From the NCBI GenBank assembly GCA_036339735.1, contig JAYZAL010000026.1:24929-88928 (forward strand): a stretch of DNA of 64,000 nucleotides. Direction: 5' to 3'. Shown in pieces: positions 19,026 through 29,189 of the stretch (within the stretch, counting starts at the first letter, position 1; each line of letters starts with the position of its first letter). The notes under the pieces were generated by a model. The model was given only the letters and a program-made list of their open reading frames with translations, was not told the origin of the DNA and searched no databases. The position numbers were made by a program, and so were the translations under genes. The DNA comes from Candidatus Poribacteria bacterium. GTDB taxonomy: Bacteria; Poribacteria; WGA-4E; UBA9662.

Positions 19026-20060
19026 ATGCGGATTCCCAATATAATTATGTTATTGGTACTGTGGGCGGGGATTGGACTTTCACCGTTGAAGTTGTTAGCA
19101 CAATCCACCGACCAAAAGAGAATGACCGTTTCTCCTGATAGGCCAATAACAATTCCTTCAGCGGAGCCATTCACGCCCTCTACACTTTCTTCTGGTGGAT
19201 CCTCTCTTGATACAAACTTAATTGGGCCATCAAGTGGGTTCCACTTTGGGCAAGATATTCAGCTTCAGTCTGATAAAACAGTAGAGCAAATTCAACTTAT
19301 TCTGGGATCTGCTACCGTTGATGGTCATGTTCGAGGGGATGTGTTTGTGTTCGGAGGCAATCTAGCAGTAACTGAAACTGCTAGGGTAGAAGGAAAAACT
19401 AAGGTTTATTTGGGCCGCATTATAGGGAAAAAAAATCTTAGTGCTGGAACCTTCCAAGAGACTAATGGCTTTAAACTAGTTTTGGGAGTCATCAAGTTCA
19501 TTCAGTACCCCGAGCGTGTTTGGTTTGGTAATTCATACCCGTCTACCGTTTGGCCTATTGCTAGCATTAGCGTAATGTTCGTAGTCTATTTGATGATTGC
19601 TGGTATTCTACCTACTCAAATGACAACTATGGAAGAGGCCATCTCTCGTCGCATTATTGGTAGTACAATAATTGGGTTGTTAATTTTTCTTCTTTTAACG
19701 GGTTTGTTCTGGTTCGCTGTTTTTTCTATTATTGGTATTCCCTTGTTAATTTTACTTTTCTCGTTGTTAGTACCAATGGCAATATACGGGAAGGCTGCTG
19801 TATTTACTTCACTTGGATATAGTTTGATACCTAGAGATAAATCATTACTGTGGGCTGTTGCCTTTGGCTATATTCTTTATCAACTAGCTCTTCGTGTTTG
19901 GCCATTGCTTAGTTTGCCAACTTTTGTGTTAGTGAGTGCATTGGGTGTTAGTGCAACTATTCGGACAGTATTTGGCTCAAGACCACTACGAAATCGTACA
20001 CCATCTCTCTCCTCCCAGAATTATAGTTACTCATCTCGTAACCAGTCTACCCGGGATTAG
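19026..20060 (+). CDS. Membrane protein with a bactofilin-like beta-helix and several C-terminal TM helices
   Basis: Signal peptide, GSATVDGHVRGDVFVFGGNLAV...ARVEG repeats, then about 5 hydrophobic helices. Confidence 0.65.
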   Translation: MRIPNIIMLLVLWAGIGLSPLKLLAQSTDQKRMTVSPDRPITIPSAEPFTPSTLSSGGSSLDTNLIGPSSGFHFGQDIQLQSDKTVEQIQLILGSATVDGHVRGDVFVFGGNLAVTETARVEGKTKVYLGRIIGKKNLSAGTFQETNGFKLVLGVIKFIQYPERVWFGNSYPSTVWPIASISVMFVVYLMIAGILPTQMTTMEEAISRRIIGSTIIGLLIFLLLTGLFWFAVFSIIGIPLLILLFSLLVPMAIYGKAAVFTSLGYSLIPRDKSLLWAVAFGYILYQLALRVWPLLSLPTFVLVSALGVSATIRTVFGSRPLRNRTPSLSSQNYSYSSRNQSTRD

Positions 20061-20119
20061 GTTCTGGCAAGTGGCAACTTAAGGCTTGTTAGGTTATAAT
20101 CCTTTTCCCACAGAGTACC

Positions 20120-20737
20120 ATGGAGCTTATGCGAATATCATACCGAAGTCTTGCTTATTTAATTTTAGTTGTGTCAGTTTTTCTTTGTGGATGTGCTGCT
20201 TTCGAAACTACGAAGATTGAACCGGTTTTTGACCCAGAAGCAACCGTTCTACCCCGTTCTGGTACAATCGCCTACGCTAAAAATGGAATAGTCGCTCTGG
20301 CAGTTCCTCTCAACGATGTTAAGGCTGCGGATGCCTTTGCGGTCATTATTTATAACGGAACTGACCATTTCGTTTCACTGAAACGGAAGGAGTGTTGGAT
20401 GCTAGATGGTACTGGTGGGCAGACTAAACCCATCCATCGATCAATGTATACAGCTACTCTGGGAAAAAATTATAAACCCACACTGCCACCAGAATTTAAG
20501 TCTGAAGTATTTCGCTGGAACCGATCTATTCGGATTTATGGAGACACTGCGGCTTTACCAACTGAGGATGTGGAAACGACACGGATTATGCCAAAGCAAA
20601 AATCTCAATTCTTCCTCTATTTCCGGACCCGTAGTATCAAGTCTTCAAACCTACGAGTTGTTGTGCCTAAAATCTACAGTGAATATGATCAGAGCGAAAC
20701 CACTTTTGTATTCAAGTTCCGGGTAAAAAAAGGGTAA
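20120..20737 (+). CDS. Hypothetical lipoprotein
   Basis: Hydrophobic stretch followed by an LCGC lipobox; beta-rich body. Confidence 0.65.
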   Translation: MELMRISYRSLAYLILVVSVFLCGCAAFETTKIEPVFDPEATVLPRSGTIAYAKNGIVALAVPLNDVKAADAFAVIIYNGTDHFVSLKRKECWMLDGTGGQTKPIHRSMYTATLGKNYKPTLPPEFKSEVFRWNRSIRIYGDTAALPTEDVETTRIMPKQKSQFFLYFRTRSIKSSNLRVVVPKIYSEYDQSETTFVFKFRVKKG

Positions 20738-20742
20738 CGACC

Positions 20743-21738
20743 TTGCCAAATGCGACTTTCGGCCGTATTGGTCAGTCGCCTATAACCAATTTTAGCCTGT
20801 ATTTCTTCCTTTGCATACCTCTGTTCGTCGCATCCTATTCGTGTCGTAGTTTGCCAAAGTTGGTTCATTCGAATAGTCGAATTAATCAGAAATTAGAGAG
20901 TAGCCAGCCAATGATCAACTTTGTAGGTGAATTTGGTGGTATAGGTCAAAGTGCTGGTCAGTTCTTGTATCCAATGGACTTGGCTACTGATGTCAATGGA
21001 CTAATCTATGTAGCTGATATGGGTAATAATCGTATCCAAGTATTATCTCCTGAGGGTGATTTTCAGTATGAGTTTGGTTGCCAAGGCTGGAAAGTTGGAG
21101 AATTTGACGGCCCGACCGACATTGTAGTTGGTGATCAGTTAACGCTTTTCTGTACCGATGGAGGGAATAATCGGGTGCAAACCTACCGAGTAATTGATTC
21201 CCAACTTCAGTTATTTAGCCCACACCACCCACTACAAACAGACACCAACTGGCTTGATCAACCAACAGGAATCAGCAGATCACCAGCTGGCGAAATCTAC
21301 GTAGTTGATCAAGGCCATCATCGCTGGTTAAAATTTGATACCAACGGACGCTTACTGTTTCAGTGTGGCCGCTATGGTGACGGTATTAATCAATTTAATC
21401 AGCCCACTGATGTTGCTACAGATCGTACCGGCAATTTATACATAGTGGATTCAGGAAACGGACGAATCAAAAAATATGATTTTAGTGGTAACTTTATTAT
21501 GCAATGGTCTGAAAACTTGCACTATCCTAACCGGATCGCGGCTTACGATTTCATCTATGTTACAGACAAGCAGTCAGTGAAAGTTTTTACACCCACAGGT
21601 ACTTACGTAACCGAGATCGGCCCATTTGATCAACCTGCAGGTGTAGCAACTTTCGAAGATCGTTACCTTTACGTTACTGACTTACTGCGTAATACGATCT
21701 CTGTTTTTGATTTAAAATCGATACCTTCTGATCAATAA
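20743..21738 (+). CDS. NHL-repeat beta-propeller protein, probably exported
   Basis: Repeats F.YP.DLA.D..G.IYVADMGNNRIQV and FNQPTDVATDRTGNLYIVDSGNGRI; hydrophobic N-terminus with a Cys. Confidence 0.85.
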   Translation: MPNATFGRIGQSPITNFSLYFFLCIPLFVASYSCRSLPKLVHSNSRINQKLESSQPMINFVGEFGGIGQSAGQFLYPMDLATDVNGLIYVADMGNNRIQVLSPEGDFQYEFGCQGWKVGEFDGPTDIVVGDQLTLFCTDGGNNRVQTYRVIDSQLQLFSPHHPLQTDTNWLDQPTGISRSPAGEIYVVDQGHHRWLKFDTNGRLLFQCGRYGDGINQFNQPTDVATDRTGNLYIVDSGNGRIKKYDFSGNFIMQWSENLHYPNRIAAYDFIYVTDKQSVKVFTPTGTYVTEIGPFDQPAGVATFEDRYLYVTDLLRNTISVFDLKSIPSDQ

Positions 21739-21741
21739 ACC

Positions 21742-24700
21742 ATGCCGTCCATTACCTTGCTAATCTTGTTTTTTTTAGCAAATAATTGGTCAAAACAAGA
21801 AAAATGGTCGCAGGTGTTTTCTTTGACTCAAAAACATGAACAGTTTCAGATTGATGAATCGACGAAAAAAATCCGGTTAAAATCGGTTCCAATTATCCAA
21901 GAAACTGAGCAAATTTTGCTTGACGACCAAATACTAATACGTAACCAAGATTACCGAATTGACTACGAGGAAGGATTAGTCGAATTCAATCTTGTCCTAG
22001 TAAATAACCAGAAAGTAACCGTTATTTACCAAACGCTACCTTTTCCAGTTTCACCCATTTATGAAAGAGATTTTTTGTCAGCACCAGCTACAACGTCCTC
22101 ACCTGAATTAAATCAATCTAATGCGACTGATCCAATAGACTTACTCAAAGCCGATTCACAAACAACGATCAATGAACAACCAACTCTACAGGTTGCAGGC
22201 TCACAAACTTTTGGTGTTTCAGTCGGCACAGCTCAGTCGTTGTCCCAAAGCCAGGAACTGCGGGTTAATATCTTCGGTAATATTTCGGAAGACATAGAAG
22301 TTGTGGCTATGCTATCCGATCAAAATCTACCCATTCAGCCTGAAGGAACAACTGAAAATATCCAAGACTTTGACCAAAAACTAATTCGCATTACTAGTCC
22401 AACTATCAATGGTACTTTGGGAGACTTAATAGCCGATATTGGCAACACCGAAATTCAATTCCCGATGGCTTTGGAAGGTGTATTTGTTGAGGGGGATTTT
22501 CGCTATGGGTCATTTCGTTTGATTCCAAGTGCTGTACCCAAAGGCCTATCAACGAGTAAAACTATACAAGGCCAGGAAGGACGGAGCCAGTACAGGTTAG
22601 ATGTTGAGGGGCAATTCGTAGTAGCCAAGGCTGACAGCGAAATAGTTTGGCTCAATGGCGAAAAGATGAGACGGGGACAAACTAACGATTATGTAATCCG
22701 AGATTATGGCGATCCAATCATAGAATTTACCAATCGACATATTATTACTAATAATGACCTGATAAGGGTTGACTTTGAGTACATCCCTGAAGATTTAGTT
22801 TACCAACGTAGTATAAAAGGCTTTCGGGGTTTGTTTCATACACCTGATAGAACAGCAATAATTGGACTTTCCTATGCAAATGAAGCTGACCACGACAATC
22901 TGGATGATAATTTTGTACTTCTATCAGCCCAAGATTTGCGAGACCTACGGCAGAATCAACATGATAGTCGTAGCCTGATAGCACCTCAGCAACATACTGT
23001 GTGGGGAATTGAAACCCAGCTAGGACTATCCGATCTAGCTACACTAGATGGGCTAATGGCTTTTAGCACAACCGATACCAATACACTGTCAAATCAAGAC
23101 GCACGTTTGCATGGTCGATCTTGGAAATTACATTCAACAACTCAATATCCCTCGAGCGAAAAGCCCAAATTGGTTTTTAATCTTACCTATCATGATTTAA
23201 CGTCTAATTATCGGCCGGTTGGAGCCTCGAGCCAAAGTCGAAACCGATATCAATACAGTTCACAATACCAAAATCATAATTTTGACGACCAGTATCTAGG
23301 GACACGTCAATCAACAACCAACAGCCAGATAGTGCAGGAAGATGTTGGCACTGATGAGCGTCAACTGTCAGCAAAACTTCAGTTATTACCTTTTACTTGG
23401 ATGAACTTAACTGGGGGGCTTGGTAAAACAAGAACTAAGCAAACAAATGCTGAGTTTCATAATTTCGCATTAGACTTGGTTCCTAAAAGCCTTCCTCACC
23501 TATATCTCAGTCAATACAACAGCCAAAATTCCAACAAATTATCTGCCAACGTTTCAACCACTAACCAAAAATACCGGCAACAAGGAAACTTATCATATCG
23601 GAAATTACTTACACAGGATACTGAATTAAGGCTTCATAGTGGAATTGAGCGGCTTTTTTCTAAACCAACTATTAACGGTACTGGGACTCCTATGTCCCCA
23701 CAAAAAAGACAAATCAATCGTCTTCAAGTCGACCTACAATACCACAAATTAGTTACTCTCGATTACAAGTATGCACAAGAGAGGTCACAAACGAGACAAA
23801 CTTTACTGGCCGTCGATAACCGGCCTTTGATGCTTTCGGACTGGTTAAAAACTTCTCAGGCACAAACTTGGTCAATTGGCAACTTTTCTCAAGTACGCCG
23901 TTGGGTCAATTTTTCCAGTAATTTGTCTCGCCGAAGATTTAAAAATTACGGCCGTACAGATAGCACCGTACCTCCCGACACGACAACACAATTAGCTGAT
24001 ATTAACTGTCGAGTTACACCACTGAATGGAGCCATTAACTTTCAATTCACCTACGAACTTGACAAAAAGCTAGCGACAAAACGAAGAGAGGTTTATACTG
24101 ATATTAATCCCTATACTGGGCATCAAATCCGGCCAGGAGAAGGTCATTATGTCAAAATTGACGAATTGCACTATGTCGAAGATTATGAAAAAGGTCAGTT
24201 TATCAAAATCATCCAAAATCTAGCAGATAAACCCGTTACGGCAATTGACACCAAAGTACAATTGCGAGTGCGACCTAGGTCTTCTCGACCACAAATTTCA
24301 CCTAAATCACTGAATCGGAAAAGCTCCTCTTCGTTGGGTAATTCACCTTCATTTATTGAATCACAAAGATGGTGGACCATTTGGTTGAAATGGGTTAGCT
24401 TTTCGATGCGACACAGCCTAACAGAAGAACAAGAAGACGCTGACCAACTGGCCTTTTATCTTCTTCAACAAAGGCAGTCTCAGCGTACAGTTTACGGTCG
24501 GCATAACCAACGTTACCAAATCACTGTCTCTCCTTCACCCAAATTCACTTTGGACTTCAACTATGTGGAAAATCGGAGTCTAAACCGTCGAGTTAACAAT
24601 CGACAGCGTCAACATCAAGGGCGAAATTGGAATCTAAGGACTACTATCAACCCAACCGTTAGGCTGTCTCTAAATTGGCAATCAGAATGGCGGTACGATT

Positions 24701-25167
24701 TGGAGTTGTTCGACCGAATTGGCCAATTAAATTCATCTCTAGAGCAACTATCAAACTTGGATCAGATTGAACAGAGAAACGAACTCGATCTTCGTTATGA
24801 ATTGAATCAAAAATTTCGTCTTAACTGGGTCGGAATATATCAACAGACCAAAGATACGGACAGCGTAACTAATGACGCAACGGCTTATACCCAGACCTTA
24901 TCTCTTGAAAATCGGTTAACTTATTCAATGGTTGGAAAAGGTCGTTTTGATATGTCTTATCAGTTAGCGCATGGACAAAACCGAGGTGGGCAACCTTTCA
25001 TCCGTTACAATTTTTATTCAGGATTTAGTCATCAAGCTAAGTTTACTGTCAACTATCGTGTAGAAAAATATACTGATTTACAGTTGCGATTTAATTATCG
25101 CGTCTTGGCAACCGAAGTCCAAAAAACAGAACACCGAGCTGAAATGGAGGTTAGGGCTCAATTGTAA
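21742..25167 (+). CDS. Large outer-membrane beta-barrel protein, SprA-related
   Basis: 1141 aa with signal peptide. Two E.I.L....L.R..DY.I.Y modules, GSQTFGVSVG...LSDQNLPIQPEGTTENIQDFD, and many amphipathic strands up to the C-terminus (EMEVRAQL). Confidence 0.6.
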   Translation: MPSITLLILFFLANNWSKQEKWSQVFSLTQKHEQFQIDESTKKIRLKSVPIIQETEQILLDDQILIRNQDYRIDYEEGLVEFNLVLVNNQKVTVIYQTLPFPVSPIYERDFLSAPATTSSPELNQSNATDPIDLLKADSQTTINEQPTLQVAGSQTFGVSVGTAQSLSQSQELRVNIFGNISEDIEVVAMLSDQNLPIQPEGTTENIQDFDQKLIRITSPTINGTLGDLIADIGNTEIQFPMALEGVFVEGDFRYGSFRLIPSAVPKGLSTSKTIQGQEGRSQYRLDVEGQFVVAKADSEIVWLNGEKMRRGQTNDYVIRDYGDPIIEFTNRHIITNNDLIRVDFEYIPEDLVYQRSIKGFRGLFHTPDRTAIIGLSYANEADHDNLDDNFVLLSAQDLRDLRQNQHDSRSLIAPQQHTVWGIETQLGLSDLATLDGLMAFSTTDTNTLSNQDARLHGRSWKLHSTTQYPSSEKPKLVFNLTYHDLTSNYRPVGASSQSRNRYQYSSQYQNHNFDDQYLGTRQSTTNSQIVQEDVGTDERQLSAKLQLLPFTWMNLTGGLGKTRTKQTNAEFHNFALDLVPKSLPHLYLSQYNSQNSNKLSANVSTTNQKYRQQGNLSYRKLLTQDTELRLHSGIERLFSKPTINGTGTPMSPQKRQINRLQVDLQYHKLVTLDYKYAQERSQTRQTLLAVDNRPLMLSDWLKTSQAQTWSIGNFSQVRRWVNFSSNLSRRRFKNYGRTDSTVPPDTTTQLADINCRVTPLNGAINFQFTYELDKKLATKRREVYTDINPYTGHQIRPGEGHYVKIDELHYVEDYEKGQFIKIIQNLADKPVTAIDTKVQLRVRPRSSRPQISPKSLNRKSSSSLGNSPSFIESQRWWTIWLKWVSFSMRHSLTEEQEDADQLAFYLLQQRQSQRTVYGRHNQRYQITVSPSPKFTLDFNYVENRSLNRRVNNRQRQHQGRNWNLRTTINPTVRLSLNWQSEWRYDLELFDRIGQLNSSLEQLSNLDQIEQRNELDLRYELNQKFRLNWVGIYQQTKDTDSVTNDATAYTQTLSLENRLTYSMVGKGRFDMSYQLAHGQNRGGQPFIRYNFYSGFSHQAKFTVNYRVEKYTDLQLRFNYRVLATEVQKTEHRAEMEVRAQL

Positions 25168-25262
25168 ATTGTCTGGCTTCGTAATTAGTTCATGATTGAT
25201 TGATAGTTACGATGACCGTAAACTGTTTACTTTATTTCGTCTTCTCGTTTATCATTCTGTTA

Positions 25263-25344
25263 GGGGACTGTTGCTCACATTTTTCATATTCGTTTAGTCA
25301 AAAAAATCGCTGTTGTGTTGAAATAGAGAAACAGCAACAACCCC
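25263..25344. repeat. MITE-like element with imperfect terminal inverted repeats flanked by TA
   Basis: TA-GGGGACTGTTGCT ... AGCAACAACCCC-TA in the intergenic space between convergent genes. Confidence 0.4.
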
Positions 25345-25535
25345 TATATTATATCTATAGGACAAAATTTTGGTGGTAGGCTTCCTTAGCTTTGAACGAC
25401 GACAATTGTAGTTTGCATTTATGCTCAAAAGTAGTGAAAAATTATCGACTTGCCCCCAAATGACCTCTTAGATGAATTCTTCATCTAATGGTTATACAAC
25501 TTGTATCGACAATATACCAAAATAGAAGCCAATAT

Positions 25536-26840
25536 TTATTTAATTGACTTGGCAATTTTCTTTGCTAGGTTATAGTTACTCTTTGCTTTTTGGTCCCATG
25601 TTTGTTGATACTGATTAGATGATCCCGACCAATTCTGGTTAAACTCTATTGAACTGACCAAATCCTCATTAATTGGCAACCGTGATACTAATTGTCTCGC
25701 TTCATTGAGTTTTTCTTCCATTTGTTCCACGTCTTTACCTCGGCTACGTTTCTTATCCAACTTTGCCTCTGCTTTGTAAATTTCTTTCCAAGCCCGTTGA
25801 AGTTCTTGAAGCCGAAAAGTTATAAACCAGTCGAATAAGGAGTTAAGAACCTCATAACGCCTCTGAGATAAGTCGGCATCAAATGGGACTGACTTTTCGA
25901 TCTGAAACGGATTAGGAAAGCCATTAGGTGCTTGATCATACAGATCAGGAATAATCGGTAGACGGCTGATACTATCAGTAAAGAGTAAATTTTGGCCGGT
26001 TCGACTAATTACAAAATCGATGAATTTTTGGGCAGCATTAGTGTTCGGACTTCCCTTGATCAGAGCAATATTAGCTGGCACCATCGGTGTAATAGAAGGA
26101 TAAACAAAACCAACAGGTTGGCCACTTGATATAGCCGATAAACCAAAAAAATCGACGACTACACCAATTCCAAACTCACCACTCGCAATACCTTGTGGGA
26201 CTCCAAAACTCCGTTCGGTAATAACCGTCATGTTGCCAGCCATTTGTAGTAGCAAAGCCCAGCCTTTTTGCCACCCATACCCCTGCAGAATTGATTCTAC
26301 AGTTAAATGGGTGGTCCCACTACGAGAAGGAGAACACATAGAAAGATGATTATGATATATAGACTTGGTTAAATCAATCCACTCTCTGGGGAATGGAAGT
26401 TGATAAGCTTTCATATACTCATTGTTCCACATCATTCCATATCCACTCAAAGCAAAACCAAAAAAGTAGCTGTCAGGATCGTGGATAGGGTAGTCTCCAA
26501 TTGTTTTTGCAGTTTGGTCGATTAATTCTTTGGGTGGAGTATAAAGAGCTAATAAATCTTCTTTTTTAAGTAAAGCGAACGCATCAACAGCACTAGCCCA
26601 AAAGATATCGGAATTCGGTTTCGTAGCGGTCTCTCGGATATATGTCACTGCAGCTGATGTTTTCTTGGAACGAAAAACCAGTTTTATGTCTTGGTGTTTT
26701 TCTTCAAATGCTGTTTGATAGGTATCGAAAAGGTCCTTGGGAAATGAAGTCACAATCACTACTTCTGCCGAAAAAGTAGTTGAGCATGTTAGTAAAACTA
26801 AAAAAAATAAGGACGTCAAAAGCTGAATTCGATTATTCAT
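25536..26840 (-). CDS. Extracellular solute-binding protein (AfuA/PgtC-like)
   Basis: Signal peptide, VTSFP, DIFWAS, SPSRSGTTHL.VE.ILQ..GW..GW, GVVVDFFG, FIDFV.S..GQ. Confidence 0.8.
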   Translation of the reverse strand: MNNRIQLLTSLFFLVLLTCSTTFSAEVVIVTSFPKDLFDTYQTAFEEKHQDIKLVFRSKKTSAAVTYIRETATKPNSDIFWASAVDAFALLKKEDLLALYTPPKELIDQTAKTIGDYPIHDPDSYFFGFALSGYGMMWNNEYMKAYQLPFPREWIDLTKSIYHNHLSMCSPSRSGTTHLTVESILQGYGWQKGWALLLQMAGNMTVITERSFGVPQGIASGEFGIGVVVDFFGLSAISSGQPVGFVYPSITPMVPANIALIKGSPNTNAAQKFIDFVISRTGQNLLFTDSISRLPIIPDLYDQAPNGFPNPFQIEKSVPFDADLSQRRYEVLNSLFDWFITFRLQELQRAWKEIYKAEAKLDKKRSRGKDVEQMEEKLNEARQLVSRLPINEDLVSSIEFNQNWSGSSNQYQQTWDQKAKSNYNLAKKIAKSIK

Positions 26841-27161
26841 TTTATTTTTTGTTCCTACTTAAAGAAATTACCGTACTGGAAACTAAAAAGATATATCAAT
26901 ATATGAAATTTAGCTCTGGTAAAAGTTGAGAAGATTTTTTACCTGCTACACAAGTCGATGTAAGGATACGGGTCAAAAGCCTTTACATATTTTACTTTGA
27001 ATATGAATAGAAAATGAAAAACCATTTCTAATACTTATTAAGATAATCAAAGAATACACCTATACCAGTTGAGGTCGTAAATTCAATCATTTGATTCCAT
27101 CACCGATGGTAAAAGACGTGTAGATGAAATATGCCTAAAATTTTGGTTCAATGCCAAATCC

Positions 27162-27569
27162 CTAGTATTTGAATTTACCGGACAACCATCGTTCAATTGC
27201 AATCGATAAAGATAATCGTTTCGAAGTAAACAAAGCCATGCAAGCAGTGACCAAAATCGATAAAATTATAAAAACCTTTAGATTTAGGCGAAAGAACAAA
27301 GCAACGATGAGGGGAAATAGGAAAACTGCTCGATCAATAAATATCAAAAACGCCCAACTATCTCCATTGTTTTTTTCAACTTTTGCGCCACAAGCCTTAC
27401 AATATTCCTTTATCCTAAAATAACCTTTAGTTATGTTTGCTTCACGACACTCCACACATAATCCTTTCAAACCAATCATTATGTAGTTTATCAATGTAGG
27501 TTTGAAGCGTGACACGACTAATACAAAATTAGCAAAACTTAGGCAATACAAAAAGGGATGCATTAGCAA
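27162..27569 (-). CDS. DUF983-like small membrane protein with zinc ribbon
   Basis: GLCVEC....I..GYF.I.E.CKACG....GD followed by two TM helices. The real start is probably downstream, at MIGLKG (about 27479). Confidence 0.6.
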   Translation of the reverse strand: MLMHPFLYCLSFANFVLVVSRFKPTLINYIMIGLKGLCVECREANITKGYFRIKEYCKACGAKVEKNNGDSWAFLIFIDRAVFLFPLIVALFFRLNLKVFIILSILVTACMALFTSKRLSLSIAIERWLSGKFKY

Positions 27570-27825
27570 CTCTGGTTGCAGAGCTTTTCACTAGGTAATA
27601 CACCAAATTTCATGTGTATAATGGCATTCTGTTCCGGTTATTGATAAATGGATTACATTACTGATGTATAACGACCATCACGATGACACAATCCAAAATT
27701 AGTTTTTATGTTAGCTTTGGTAATGAAAAATAGGTGTTCGCTTATAGTATTCATTATAAAACGACTATGCTTTTTCTTCATGAAGTCAAAATTATTGATC
27801 ATTTTGTTAAAACTAGTGAATACTG

Positions 27826-27890
27826 TTGACTCTCACGACTGAGTATTTATACTTATTGAAAGTAATACTATACTGTGGCAGAATGCCACA
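27826..27890 (+). promoter_or_regulatory. Sigma-70 promoter with downstream palindrome
   Basis: TTGACT-N16-TATACT (27826-27853), then TGTGGCA-GAA-TGCCACA (27874-27890). Confidence 0.5.
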
Positions 27891-27918
27891 ATTATAGCAT
27901 CAACCAAATAGTCCAGCA

Positions 27919-29142
27919 ATGAGCGCATCAAACTATCAAGTTAAACGTTTAAATGACCAACCCCTTGTTTCAGATGGTCATAATACTAATGGTCCATCAG
28001 TGATCAAGGTGCCGACTTGGTTGGATGTCGACCAGCGCCCATTTACAACCAAAAATGGCAAAAAAATCATCGCCAACTATTACCTATATTACGCAAACCA
28101 CAATGGAAAATTCATCCACATGGCTTGGAGTCATAAAATTGACTCCGGGTGCTGGTTCAAATTTAACCGGCCAGATTTAGGACTGAATGTAGCTGAAATA
28201 CCTGGACGAGGTGTATTAGATTTGGCTAATGGTCCACAAAGGATCCATCTAAATTCGTCAAGGTCTATTTATTTAGGCAAACCCAATGGGAAATCGGGGC
28301 ACATCGCTTCCCCTGATGTTCATGTTGATCATCAGAAGAAACGAATAGTCATGTATTTTCACGGAAACGGTAGTGGGGTAGCTTTTCGACGAAATTCAAA
28401 CGGTCAACGCATACCCTACCCAGCCAACCAAAACACTTATGTTGCTACATCGGTTGACGGTCTAAATTTTAACCCTGCTGATCTAGGTGGGCAAACTAAA
28501 CATGGTATTTTACCTGTTTGTATCGGTCGAGCTTACATGAGAGTGTTTTCCTATCGAGGCCAAACATACGGATTTTCACGGTCGGCCCTCATTAATATTT
28601 CACCTCGTAATCCACTAGCCCTTCCAGATCCTGATTTTCCAACCGAGTCGACATGGACTGCCAGCGGAATTCAAGAAGAAACAGAACTATCTCAGTATTT
28701 TCGTGAATATTATTTGCCTAAAATTAATCATTATCGTAGCGAACTAAATCAACCAAGTTTCAAACAGGTTGATTTAGAGGGACAGGTTTTTCCTCGCCAC
28801 CTTTGTGTTAGAAGACTACCTGAGGACCATCATTTAGAAGTTTTCTTTAGCGTAAAATTCAAAAAAGGAGGTAATTTTGAGCAATGGCGGCCTCCAGATG
28901 ATTCAGAAAAGATTCTAAGAGTCGTCTATGATCTGAGTTGTGAACCTTGGCAAATACAACGAGAAGACACTGGCCAGATTAGGATTGAAGAAATATTGAA
29001 GGCAGAAAAATATTGGGAGTTGAAGGGCCTTTGTGACCCTTTTGTTTTTGTAGATACTGATAAGCGCATCTATCTTTTCTACGCAGGTGGACCGATTCAG
29101 TCGGAAGGTGCAATTGGTATGGTAGAATTAAGTCCTAAGTGA
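27919..29142 (+). CDS. Putative five-bladed beta-propeller glycoside hydrolase-like protein
   Basis: NGPSVIKVP.W, YYLYYA.H, HIASPDVHVD..MYFHG, ATSVDGLNF, CDPFVF..YLFYAG..EGAIG. Confidence 0.6.
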   Translation: MSASNYQVKRLNDQPLVSDGHNTNGPSVIKVPTWLDVDQRPFTTKNGKKIIANYYLYYANHNGKFIHMAWSHKIDSGCWFKFNRPDLGLNVAEIPGRGVLDLANGPQRIHLNSSRSIYLGKPNGKSGHIASPDVHVDHQKKRIVMYFHGNGSGVAFRRNSNGQRIPYPANQNTYVATSVDGLNFNPADLGGQTKHGILPVCIGRAYMRVFSYRGQTYGFSRSALINISPRNPLALPDPDFPTESTWTASGIQEETELSQYFREYYLPKINHYRSELNQPSFKQVDLEGQVFPRHLCVRRLPEDHHLEVFFSVKFKKGGNFEQWRPPDDSEKILRVVYDLSCEPWQIQREDTGQIRIEEILKAEKYWELKGLCDPFVFVDTDKRIYLFYAGGPIQSEGAIGMVELSPK

Positions 29143-29189
29143 ATTGATACAATATTCTTGATTTAAAAGTATTAAATTTTTTTTCATAA

